From positions 1-61,980 of the forward strand of contig CACXQO010000002.1 of NCBI GenBank assembly GCA_902769815.1: a stretch of DNA of 61,980 bases. The letters run 5' to 3'. This stretch comes from an uncultured Bacteroidia bacterium. Lineage in GTDB: Bacteria > Bacteroidota > Bacteroidia > Bacteroidales > F082. Positions 25,374 to 33,745 of the stretch are shown here, piece after piece. The notes under the pieces were generated by a model. That model was not told where the DNA came from, ran no database searches, and saw only the letters and a list, made by a program, of their open reading frames with translations. Position 1 is the first letter of the stretch. Each line of letters starts with the position of its first letter. A program made the translations under genes and the position numbers.

Positions 25374-27777
25374 ATTGGAAAATAGTATCACCGATGGTAA
25401 TAGTATCGCCGTTGGAGAGCGGCACGGGCTTGTTGGTAGGCAATTCAGCGCGTGAATTGAATATGGTTTTCGTAGCCAATGGTTTAAGCATAGCTTGCGA
25501 TAAGGAGTGATCCACATAGAGCTGAGCTTGTTCTTTGGCCACCTTATTGCTCTTTTCCCATGTCATCTGAATCTCGCAACGTTCCGTCATGCCAATGGTG
25601 ACTATGTTGCCGCCCCCCGTAGCATTCATCCACTTGTGGATGGGAATGCGTTGTCCTTCTTTCACGCCGTTCTTGATGACCAGGAAGTATTTTTCAGCCA
25701 ACATTCTGACTGTGACCAAAGAGGCTCCCAAACCACCGCCATAAATGATGAAGTCAAGCAGCCTATTGAGCCACTCCCAACGTGGACTTGCTTTGCTTCG
25801 GCTTGATAGATAAAGAATGACGAATCCGATGACAGCCGACGCAATACCACCTAAGAGAGCACTTTTGACAGGGATACTCGACTTGATGGAAAGGCTAAGC
25901 GAAATGCAGATTGAGAACAGCATATAGGCGGGCAGTGAGCAGTACCACTGGATGGCATGTTCAGACACACTTGACTGCAACCAACAGAAGATGGCACCAC
26001 CCAATGCGAAGGAGGCCATACCGATGATTCCTGACAACAATGACAAGCCTAATACCTTCATTAACGATTTGCTGTCAGTTTTACGCACCCCATCGGTATA
26101 GCGGAACACTATCGACATGAAGAACCCAAGCAGCAAACCAATAGCGAAGAAGGAAGCCACCTTGGCCACGCAATCGTTGAAGATACTGTTTTGTGCTTCG
26201 CTAAGGCATTCATCAACAATGCCGCGTGCCAATCCCATAAAGACACGACCTCTACCGATAAGCTCATACACCAACCAGCTCACCAATCCAGCTACAATGC
26301 CTGCCATCGTTTGGTAACTGTCTCGCAACGTTCCTTTACTGAACAATTGTTTCCAATGTACATGATCCTGAAAACCGTCCTTGCAGTTTTGTCCGTATTC
26401 CGAGCAATGGTAGTTGTTTTGCTGCCAACACTCAACATGCATGATATGCTTGCACCGAGTCACTACCTTTTGTCCAGGAAGGATTTCCTTCCTACAGAAG
26501 TGGCAAACACGATGCGTCACGTTCTCTTCCTGCACATAGCGTTTGTAATACTTTGCCGAGAAAAGCAACGACTTAATCAAAGGGATAAGCCCTTTAATAA
26601 TGAACAAGTAACAAACGATGGTGAGAAGGGTAATCAGGAGTGCCATCAACAACTTTATCGTCCAATCAACAACATTGGGCTCGCGCTTGGGCCAAGGATC
26701 TTCCTCAGCTCCGATGGAATAAATACACTCTCCTTTGTATAAACCATCCCAAACGGCCTTATAGTTTACTCTGTTTCCCCTATAGCAGTTGTTTTCCGAA
26801 ACCCTATACGTGTAAGTGAAGTCCGCCATAGCGTTTCTGGCAGCCTGCTCCAAGCCCTCTTTCACATCTGCCATATCATTGGCAGGCAGATACTTACCTT
26901 TTCTTTCCATGATGACTGTTCCATCTTCGCGCCGAGGTTCGGTGATATTCTGTAATGTACGCGAGACCCTTTCATCTTCTCCATTACCCGTATGATAGAA
27001 GGCATACACCTGCGGAACCACTATGGAATCGTTATTCTGGTATTCGGTGACCTGAATAAAATTAATAACCTCCTCAACTTCAGGTTTCATGCTACCATCA
27101 GCGATGAGGAATAGCAAGTTCTTTCCGGGATGGTTGGCCGCTCGTACGGAAATAATTGTGTTTTGCTCGTACCCAGGCTCCTTATTGACATACTGGAGCA
27201 AATCCGAATTGGTATTGGTAAACTCAAACTCAGCCAGTTTTGCATACACGGCACCATAGAAATTCTTCGTCTGCGTACCTTGCTCAAATCGAGCGTCAAA
27301 GTCGGAGAAATTAGCCTTGGTGACCATCTCGCTCTTTGAAACCTGTTCACCATAGAATGAAAGGTAAACACAACTGTCGTGGGCACTTTCAACCAACTCG
27401 CCAATAACTTGACGTATCTGTCTCTTGCCGTCTTCGGGAATGTTGAGGTCAACCAATATGGAAATGGTATAGTCTGAAGGAATACGCTGGCCCGAAGTAA
27501 GCATTCGAATTGTTCGGCACTCGTTGGAAATCGTATCGCCGTCTTCAATGACAAGGAGATGCCGATTCATATCCTCCACGTCCAGTCCGAGCTCTTTTCT
27601 CTCGCCGTTGTCGATCTTCAGAAACAGGGTGAGGCTGTCATTCCCAATTCCATAGTCATATTGCTTATCAATGAATTGGATTCCATCCACAGTTTGGGCA
27701 CCAAGCGGCATTGCCCATACCATTAAAACCAAAAGTGCCAATAGTTTCGTGTAAGTTATCTTTTTCTTCTTGTCCAT
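25360..27777 (-). CDS. Polytopic membrane protein: signal peptide, periplasmic domain, TM, RING-H2-like zinc finger, six TM helices and a C-terminal FHA-like domain
   Basis: CHFCRKEILPGQKVVTRCKHIMHVECWQQNNYHCSEYGQNC = C-x2-C-x13-C-x-H-x2-H-x2-C-x7-C-x6-C. The C-terminal ...VTIGMTERCEIQM...LSNGDTITIGDTIFQYVEC has FHA topology. Confidence 0.7.
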   Translation of the reverse strand: MDKKKKITYTKLLALLVLMVWAMPLGAQTVDGIQFIDKQYDYGIGNDSLTLFLKIDNGERKELGLDVEDMNRHLLVIEDGDTISNECRTIRMLTSGQRIPSDYTISILVDLNIPEDGKRQIRQVIGELVESAHDSCVYLSFYGEQVSKSEMVTKANFSDFDARFEQGTQTKNFYGAVYAKLAEFEFTNTNSDLLQYVNKEPGYEQNTIISVRAANHPGKNLLFLIADGSMKPEVEEVINFIQVTEYQNNDSIVVPQVYAFYHTGNGEDERVSRTLQNITEPRREDGTVIMERKGKYLPANDMADVKEGLEQAARNAMADFTYTYRVSENNCYRGNRVNYKAVWDGLYKGECIYSIGAEEDPWPKREPNVVDWTIKLLMALLITLLTIVCYLFIIKGLIPLIKSLLFSAKYYKRYVQEENVTHRVCHFCRKEILPGQKVVTRCKHIMHVECWQQNNYHCSEYGQNCKDGFQDHVHWKQLFSKGTLRDSYQTMAGIVAGLVSWLVYELIGRGRVFMGLARGIVDECLSEAQNSIFNDCVAKVASFFAIGLLLGFFMSIVFRYTDGVRKTDSKSLMKVLGLSLLSGIIGMASFALGGAIFCWLQSSVSEHAIQWYCSLPAYMLFSICISLSLSIKSSIPVKSALLGGIASAVIGFVILYLSSRSKASPRWEWLNRLLDFIIYGGGLGASLVTVRMLAEKYFLVIKNGVKEGQRIPIHKWMNATGGGNIVTIGMTERCEIQMTWEKSNKVAKEQAQLYVDHSLSQAMLKPLATKTIFNSRAELPTNKPVPLSNGDTITIGDTIFQYVEC

Positions 27778-29381
27778 ATCTTCAAGTCTTCTAATTGTTG
27801 TTCACCATAATAGTTTTCGTCCGTGCAAAGGTTGCCATCAATGATGGGAATAGAGGTAAGAAGCCCATCGGAGGTGGAATAGACCAGCACGAACTTGATG
27901 TCGCCCAACTGTTGGGCAATGGCTTTCTTGACCGATGGAATGCTACAGTGCGTCACCATGACGAAAGCACCTATCGGATTGCAATCGACCACGTTCTCAT
28001 CATCGGTGACTTTGACAACGACATACTCCTTTACGTCTTTTCGTTCAATGGGATAGCCATAAACCGTTGAAACAAGTTCTCCGCTATGTTCGACAGCTAA
28101 CAGACCCATGTCGATGATAGCTCCATTGCTTAATTCAATACCATGGCAATTGTTACTACGCTGTTTTGCTCTTTCCAAACCGTTTCGATAATCCTCGGCG
28201 TTGAATGAATTGCGTTCCTGTTCCACCGCCCATTGATACCACTCTTCCAGCGAAAAGAGCTGTTTCATTTCAATGCGTGAGTTGATGGTACCGTCGTGTT
28301 TGAATGTAAACAATCCCATTTCTTGTTGGGGAGTAAGGATGTCGACCACAAGAGCCGTCAGGAAGTTAGGGTGCGATGGATGCTTCAGTAGGTTCTGCAC
28401 GCTACAGTCGTTGTTGCTGAAAAACACACCCAAGCCTGGATGCGAGTGTACCCAACAAGTCAAATCGTATTGTATATCAGTTTCCACTCGGAGTTTTTTC
28501 AGCTTCTCCCTTACATCCATCTTGATTTTTCCGCCAAAATTCAATTCATATTCCGTAAATACGGCATCGTTGCCCGGAAGCACAACGTGTTCCAAAGTGA
28601 CATAGTAATCGTTGGCTTTCTTGTCTTGAACCCAGCGACCCAACACCATGCAGCCGTCTTCCTTAGGATTTTCAGGATTACGGAGGTCATTAGCATACAT
28701 ATTATATATTTCTTTGATGCATGCTGTCTTGATGTAAACTTGTTTCACCGCCGAGTCATCGACAAAGCTATTACAGTCAATCTCCATATAATTGTCATTG
28801 CCAATTACATCGTCAATGTTTTGTTTACGCTGTATAGCAGTAGTCTTGTGGCGAATAACGATATTAGAATCATCAATATCTGTTTCTTTCCCTATTGTCT
28901 GTACCAGAGTTGGCTTTACTCTTTTCTTGCGTTTGCCGATGAAGACGAGGATAATGATAATAACTAACAAACCGACAACGCCAAGTCCTGCCAGCAAAAG
29001 AAGTCGTTTTATTTCCGCCTCATGCTTTCTTTGTTCTATCTCATTTCTGACCATAGTCTTCATCTCTATGCAGCAAAGCTCATTAGTTAGCCAATTATCT
29101 CCCTCCTTTACTATCTTGATTTCATCGCAGGAAGGGAAAATTTGCAAGAGAAAATTTACCACAAATGTATCTAGCTTTTTTTCTTTATCGGTATCAGATA
29201 GTGTATCGATATCAGGCAGTTGACCCACTGTGTCTAGGTATTTTTCAAAATTGGCGATGATAATTTCCTTATTCACCGATCCGTCTTCGTTTTTCTGTAG
29301 GTCAATTTGAGCCCATACACCACCCCAAAAGCCAAGGAATGTCAATAGGGCTATAATGGTTTTAATATGCTTTTTCATCAT
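27756..29381 (-). CDS. Membrane-anchored JAB/MPN (JAMM) metallopeptidase
   Basis: Signal peptide MMKKHIKTIIALLTFLGFWGGVWAQ. TM helix LLLLAGLGVVGLLVIIIILVFIG followed by KRKKR. JAMM motif WVHSHPGLGVFFSNNDCS (HxH-x7-S-xx-D). Confidence 0.8.
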   Translation of the reverse strand: MMKKHIKTIIALLTFLGFWGGVWAQIDLQKNEDGSVNKEIIIANFEKYLDTVGQLPDIDTLSDTDKEKKLDTFVVNFLLQIFPSCDEIKIVKEGDNWLTNELCCIEMKTMVRNEIEQRKHEAEIKRLLLLAGLGVVGLLVIIIILVFIGKRKKRVKPTLVQTIGKETDIDDSNIVIRHKTTAIQRKQNIDDVIGNDNYMEIDCNSFVDDSAVKQVYIKTACIKEIYNMYANDLRNPENPKEDGCMVLGRWVQDKKANDYYVTLEHVVLPGNDAVFTEYELNFGGKIKMDVREKLKKLRVETDIQYDLTCWVHSHPGLGVFFSNNDCSVQNLLKHPSHPNFLTALVVDILTPQQEMGLFTFKHDGTINSRIEMKQLFSLEEWYQWAVEQERNSFNAEDYRNGLERAKQRSNNCHGIELSNGAIIDMGLLAVEHSGELVSTVYGYPIERKDVKEYVVVKVTDDENVVDCNPIGAFVMVTHCSIPSVKKAIAQQLGDIKFVLVYSTSDGLLTSIPIIDGNLCTDENYYGEQQLEDLKIWTRRKR

Positions 29382-29384
29382 CTG

Positions 29385-30569
29385 TCAAATTGAGATTCTT
29401 TTATTACCTTTTTCTTTCATGGTCTTATCAACACTTTTCTGTAGGGCATTCTTGCCTTTTTGCTCCACGGAATTCATGGTTTGGTTGGTTTTGCTTTTAA
29501 TGGCTGACTGCGCTTTTCTTTTGGCTATACCTTCTGCTTGTTTTGCAGCATCTTGCTGCATCTGCATCATGCTGCGCTGGGTACGGCGGTTGCGTATGGT
29601 CTGCATCACTTGGCCACCCACAAAGAGTAACACCGCCAACAAAGCACCACCGATAAGCATCCACATGTTACGTTTCTTCTGTTCTTCTTCCTTAGCCTTG
29701 ACAGCCTGAGCCTCACGCTCCTGTTCCTTCTTTATCGAATCCTGAATGGCCTGTTGTTGCTGTTGAATCTTTTTATCGTATTCAGCTTTCATCGCCTTTT
29801 CTTTGACATCATATTGGGCGAGAATGTCATCTATCATCTTAACGATGTTGTCGTCCTTTACTTCGCTTCGCTGTTTTCTCAGTGCCCTCACCTCCTCTGT
29901 CAGATACTCCTCAAAAGGATATTCCTTCTGGCGTGACAACAACTCAACAATGTTATTGGCACGCTTGATGGCAATGGCATCAGTTTCCGAAAGGCTCTCG
30001 ACTTCTTCTTCAATAATCTCCACTGATGTTTGGGTTACAGTAGGCTGAACAGCCGTCGTCTTTGTTGCAGGAATTGGGTCTATCTTAACTTTCAACTCAC
30101 CACAACTGGCAAAAACCTTATAATGCAATTTCCTTTCATAGTGTGCCAAAAAAACGGGTATGGACAATATAGTACTCTCGTCATCTATCAGCTCAAACGA
30201 GATGGATGGCTGCTGCTGCACAAGATAATAGCCGTAGCTAGTTGACTTTCTCCGAAGGCTGGCTGGCACGGTGAAAGCCTTGATATCATCACCCTTAAAC
30301 ACGGTACCGTCGCTATAGACACCAATATGATCAAAAAACACCACGGCCACCTCTTCCAATTTGTTGTATTTGCGGGCATAAGTCGGTCCCAAGATCTTGC
30401 TTGCGCTACTAAAGTTAAGCACAGCTACACCGTCCTCTATGTTCACATCGTATGTGATGGTAACACGGTCGCCAGAAGGAGATTCAAGCGTTTCGGTGAC
30501 CTTGTTGGCCATTAATGTGCTGCATAGCATTAGTGCTATCCACAAACAAATGAATTTACCACTTTTCAT
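29385..30569 (-). CDS. Exported protein with a coiled-coil and a C-terminal TM anchor. Function unknown (membrane-complex candidate).
   Basis: Signal peptide MKSGKFICLWIALMLCSTLMA. Lys/Glu/Gln-rich coiled coil. TM helix MWMLIGGALLAVLLFVGGQVM followed by a basic tail. 4-nt overlap with the upstream gene. Confidence 0.6.
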   Translation of the reverse strand: MKSGKFICLWIALMLCSTLMANKVTETLESPSGDRVTITYDVNIEDGVAVLNFSSASKILGPTYARKYNKLEEVAVVFFDHIGVYSDGTVFKGDDIKAFTVPASLRRKSTSYGYYLVQQQPSISFELIDDESTILSIPVFLAHYERKLHYKVFASCGELKVKIDPIPATKTTAVQPTVTQTSVEIIEEEVESLSETDAIAIKRANNIVELLSRQKEYPFEEYLTEEVRALRKQRSEVKDDNIVKMIDDILAQYDVKEKAMKAEYDKKIQQQQQAIQDSIKKEQEREAQAVKAKEEEQKKRNMWMLIGGALLAVLLFVGGQVMQTIRNRRTQRSMMQMQQDAAKQAEGIAKRKAQSAIKSKTNQTMNSVEQKGKNALQKSVDKTMKEKGNKRISI

Positions 30570-31627
30570 TTCTGTGAATTGTAGTATTTCGTGATTCTGT
30601 CGTAGTAATCAATAATTCCGTCCTTATATTTGTTCTGTTTTTTCCATTCAGCTGCATGGCTCCTGCATGTTTTGTCAGTGCAACATTTATACATGGCTTT
30701 AACTTGCAGCATTTCTTCCTTGGTGAGTTCCTTTTTGGGATAGACTTTTTCCTGATACAAGTCATCAAATGCATCATAGATTTCCTCCAATGTCAGCTTG
30801 CAATATTTACAGTAATGGTTGAAAGTGTGTTCGTCAGGATTACCACAGTCGGCTTCTTTAAACTCGATGTCGTCGAGTTGTTGCTTCAATTCATTGTATT
30901 TTCTGTATTTGAAGCTTTTTGCTGGCCATTGTTGCAATTTCAAATTGATAGCAAGGCGGAGGTCACTCACCTCATTCTTATAAGGCTGTTCCCTTTCCTC
31001 CAACGAGGGTTTGTGCTTCGGGTTGTTGCAGAATGTCAGGTGTGATATGACCTCAGCAATGGAGTCGCACGACTTCTTTATGGCAGGATAGCCCTCATCA
31101 GGTGTAAGTTCAACGGAGATGATAAGTTTTTCAACATGCTTCTCCATCAATGCCGCTTTCTTGGAGCATTTCTTTATAGCCATATAGAAAGGCAGCTTGA
31201 TTTCGAGGGTCTCATCTTCTGTCATTTGCAGATGACTGATTCGATAGTTGGAGCTATTGGGAGCCAGTCCCACCACATCTCTGCCCAACTGCTCACAGTA
31301 GTCGGTGTAACGCGGTTTCTTCACGGGATAGTTCCAATCATAGACAACGCGGGGATTCTTAAGACCACGCAGTTGCTTTTCATCAAAAGAACGTCCAAAC
31401 AGAAAGAGCATATTGTTGGAGACCTCATTCGGATTTATCACTTCCACCATGATGTCCACCCTTCCTTGGGCATCCGGCTCACCCATAGTGACATTGATAT
31501 TGACATACCCTAATTCAAGGCTCTTTTGATTGTCGTCCTCATTGAGCACAATTTTGTATTCGCCATCAGCAAAGACAGAAAGTGCAGTAAGTAGGGTTAG
31601 CAGTATGGTAAAAATGGTTTTCCTCAT
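30566..31627 (-). CDS. Secreted protein of unknown function with a Cys-rich C-terminus
   Basis: Signal peptide MRKTIFTILLTLLTALSVFA. C-terminal CGNPDEHTFNHYCKYCK...YKCCTDKTCRSH. 4-nt overlaps with both neighbours. Confidence 0.6.
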   Translation of the reverse strand: MRKTIFTILLTLLTALSVFADGEYKIVLNEDDNQKSLELGYVNINVTMGEPDAQGRVDIMVEVINPNEVSNNMLFLFGRSFDEKQLRGLKNPRVVYDWNYPVKKPRYTDYCEQLGRDVVGLAPNSSNYRISHLQMTEDETLEIKLPFYMAIKKCSKKAALMEKHVEKLIISVELTPDEGYPAIKKSCDSIAEVISHLTFCNNPKHKPSLEEREQPYKNEVSDLRLAINLKLQQWPAKSFKYRKYNELKQQLDDIEFKEADCGNPDEHTFNHYCKYCKLTLEEIYDAFDDLYQEKVYPKKELTKEEMLQVKAMYKCCTDKTCRSHAAEWKKQNKYKDGIIDYYDRITKYYNSQK

Positions 31628-32289
31628 ATTACAAGTTTTTTGGGCAGTGTCTTTTTGGGCTTGGACGTATCTTGCTGTTCAATGACAGGCTCTTGGGGAT
31701 GTGGCTTGGGTTTGTCGGCTTCGACCTGTGCAAAGTGTGTCCAGCCATTTGGTTCAGCTTCTTCGCGTACCCATTCCGCTACATTCTGGTCTTCAGGATA
31801 AGGATAGGTGTTGGCAGCGTGGTAGAGCTTGTACTTCAGGTAACGCTCCACACGCAGAATAAGGTCTTTCAAGGAGGCCATCACGCCCATCTCCTTGATG
31901 GTGAGGCAGACATGACCCTTGAAACTGCCTGAATAGCGGATGTTGGGATGCCATACATTGGTAAGGAAAGTAAATATAGGATTACCATCAGCCGACGGGT
32001 AGTTGTTGGGCAGCACTATGCTCATTTTATGCAAAGTACCGAATACTGGCTTACGTGGTATGGTGGAGCCTTCCACACCGATGATAGACTTGACGCGATA
32101 CCAGATTTCGTATTCGGTGGGAATACCCAAGCTGTTCTTCTTGCGGATGATATAAGAAATGGAAGGCTCGCGGGGATTCGCTTCCTTGCGCTTGGCGCAG
32201 AGGGTGTCGATATCCTTCCACTCAATCCAGAGGCGGGCGTTGCGCCCTGTTAGCTCTTTTTGGTTGAAGTTATTTATTATTTCATTCAT
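31624..32289 (-). CDS. E2-like ubiquitin-conjugating enzyme (UBC fold)
   Basis: LPNNYPSADGNPIFTFLTNVWHPNIRYSGSFKGHVCLTIKE: HPN motif with the catalytic Cys at canonical UBC spacing. Likely start MNEIINNF at 32289. Confidence 0.85.
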   Translation of the reverse strand: MNEIINNFNQKELTGRNARLWIEWKDIDTLCAKRKEANPREPSISYIIRKKNSLGIPTEYEIWYRVKSIIGVEGSTIPRKPVFGTLHKMSIVLPNNYPSADGNPIFTFLTNVWHPNIRYSGSFKGHVCLTIKEMGVMASLKDLILRVERYLKYKLYHAANTYPYPEDQNVAEWVREEAEPNGWTHFAQVEADKPKPHPQEPVIEQQDTSKPKKTLPKKLVI

Positions 32290-32309
32290 AGCTGATATTA
32301 TTATGGGAT

Positions 32310-32636
32310 TCAACCCGCGATGGGAACCGAAACAAGGTGCAGGTGGTCGCCTGGACGGATGCCATAGTCCATGAGGCATTGCTCGCGACCGTTCTCATCC
32401 TCAAATTCCAGGATTTCCGACTCGCCACCTTCTTCCATCACCTGACCCAACAGATACTTCACGGGATTGCCGCCGCCATCTATCTTAGGCAGCTCAAATA
32501 CCTGCACAATGCTGTTGATTTGGTCGCGGATGGTCTTGTTGGGGTCGTTAACTTTCACTTCCACTTCCTCATACGAAGTGTTGTCGATAGTCAAATGAAT
32601 GATGAATTCCTCATCGAATACTTGTTCGTTTTCCAT
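32310..32636 (-). CDS. Ubiquitin-like beta-grasp protein (YukD/EsaB-like) ending in Gly
   Basis: 108 aa. ...CLMDYGIRPGDHLHLVSVPIAG-stop. The C-terminal Gly codon (GGT) was verified on the DNA immediately before the TGA. Confidence 0.65.
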   Translation of the reverse strand: MENEQVFDEEFIIHLTIDNTSYEEVEVKVNDPNKTIRDQINSIVQVFELPKIDGGGNPVKYLLGQVMEEGGESEILEFEDENGREQCLMDYGIRPGDHLHLVSVPIAG

Positions 32637-32683
32637 GATTATTGTATGTTTAATTGTTAATTGTTTAACTGTTTAATTGTTGT

Positions 32684-33745
32684 TTACCAGATCCACGCGC
32701 CGCGAGGTTGGTTATAGTTCGGGCTGCGATATTGTTCAAACTTGTTCTTGAAGACAATGAGTTGATAGGCATCTTCAGAGATGGGTTTCGGCTCGTTCAT
32801 TCCGTAGCGGTAGAGTGCCAATTCATATTTCTTCTTTTCTGGGTCAATATGGATGACAAAATCCGTTTTAGTATCGGGGTGGATGCCGTAAAACTTATCG
32901 AATACCGCACGAATGGCTTCGTCTTCAAACCAGAAGTAGGCTATATATTCCGACTTCTTGATGTGCCATTTCACCGCCAGCTTCTTTGGCTTGCCCGCTT
33001 CGTGGTAGTTGAGTAACCCACCATCGTGCAGCTTGTCATGAGTGCCATCGTAAAGAGTTTCCTCGATGTAGTCCAGTTCGGGCTTTGTCTCTTGTTCTTC
33101 CTCCGTGTATTGTTGCCACTTCTCTTCATCCTTGTCCCAATGTCTGAACATCGGTAAATAGCGGTAGGTGAACTGCTTCATATAGTTGTCGAAGAGGTCG
33201 CGGGGGGGGAGGCTGTTGGTGGAGAGGTTTTGTTTAGCCGATGGAATTTGTTCTATTAATTGGTTACAATATTGGTGAAGCGTTTGTCCTGAATAGAATG
33301 GTAAGAAATCCTCCATTTCGATTTCTGTTAAGATACCTTGTAAGCAATCTATAATTACGGATTTATTTCTGCCATGAAACCAAATGGCAACTTTTCCGTA
33401 TGGTGCCATACCGACTACAATGTGACTGAATGAAGTGTTTTCATCCATTTCATAATAGTTCCATTTCTGTATCATAAGGTCGACAGGTAAAGTTGCCTCG
33501 ACTTCATAGAACTTTTGTTCTGTTATAGCCAACCATAATAAGTTAAGTTTTGTCGGCATAGGAAAATCTTCACGCAAAGGCAGTACTTCAGAAATAACAT
33601 CTCCCCATTCACCGTAATACGGTAATGCCTTTGGTATTTCTATTGCCTCATTTTCAGAGTACCATAACAAGCCAAACAATGTGTCTGTTGGGTACAATTT
33701 TGGGGCGTTTCCAGAAACTTGGATTGTATATTCAGTATTATCCAT
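32684..33745 (-). CDS. Hypothetical protein downstream of the Tle1-like effector (immunity or accessory candidate). No signal peptide.
   Basis: 353 aa. 8-nt overlap with the effector gene stop. Trp/Tyr-rich. Contains a C8 run in the coding strand (33202-33209). Confidence 0.55.
   Translation of the reverse strand: MDNTEYTIQVSGNAPKLYPTDTLFGLLWYSENEAIEIPKALPYYGEWGDVISEVLPLREDFPMPTKLNLLWLAITEQKFYEVEATLPVDLMIQKWNYYEMDENTSFSHIVVGMAPYGKVAIWFHGRNKSVIIDCLQGILTEIEMEDFLPFYSGQTLHQYCNQLIEQIPSAKQNLSTNSLPPRDLFDNYMKQFTYRYLPMFRHWDKDEEKWQQYTEEEQETKPELDYIEETLYDGTHDKLHDGGLLNYHEAGKPKKLAVKWHIKKSEYIAYFWFEDEAIRAVFDKFYGIHPDTKTDFVIHIDPEKKKYELALYRYGMNEPKPISEDAYQLIVFKNKFEQYRSPNYNQPRGAWIW

Noticed and set aside
33202-33209. 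G8/C8 homopolymer inside the 353-aa gene as a phase-variation switch
   Set aside because: It is in frame at present and only 8 nt long. Without read-level length variation, this is too weak to claim.
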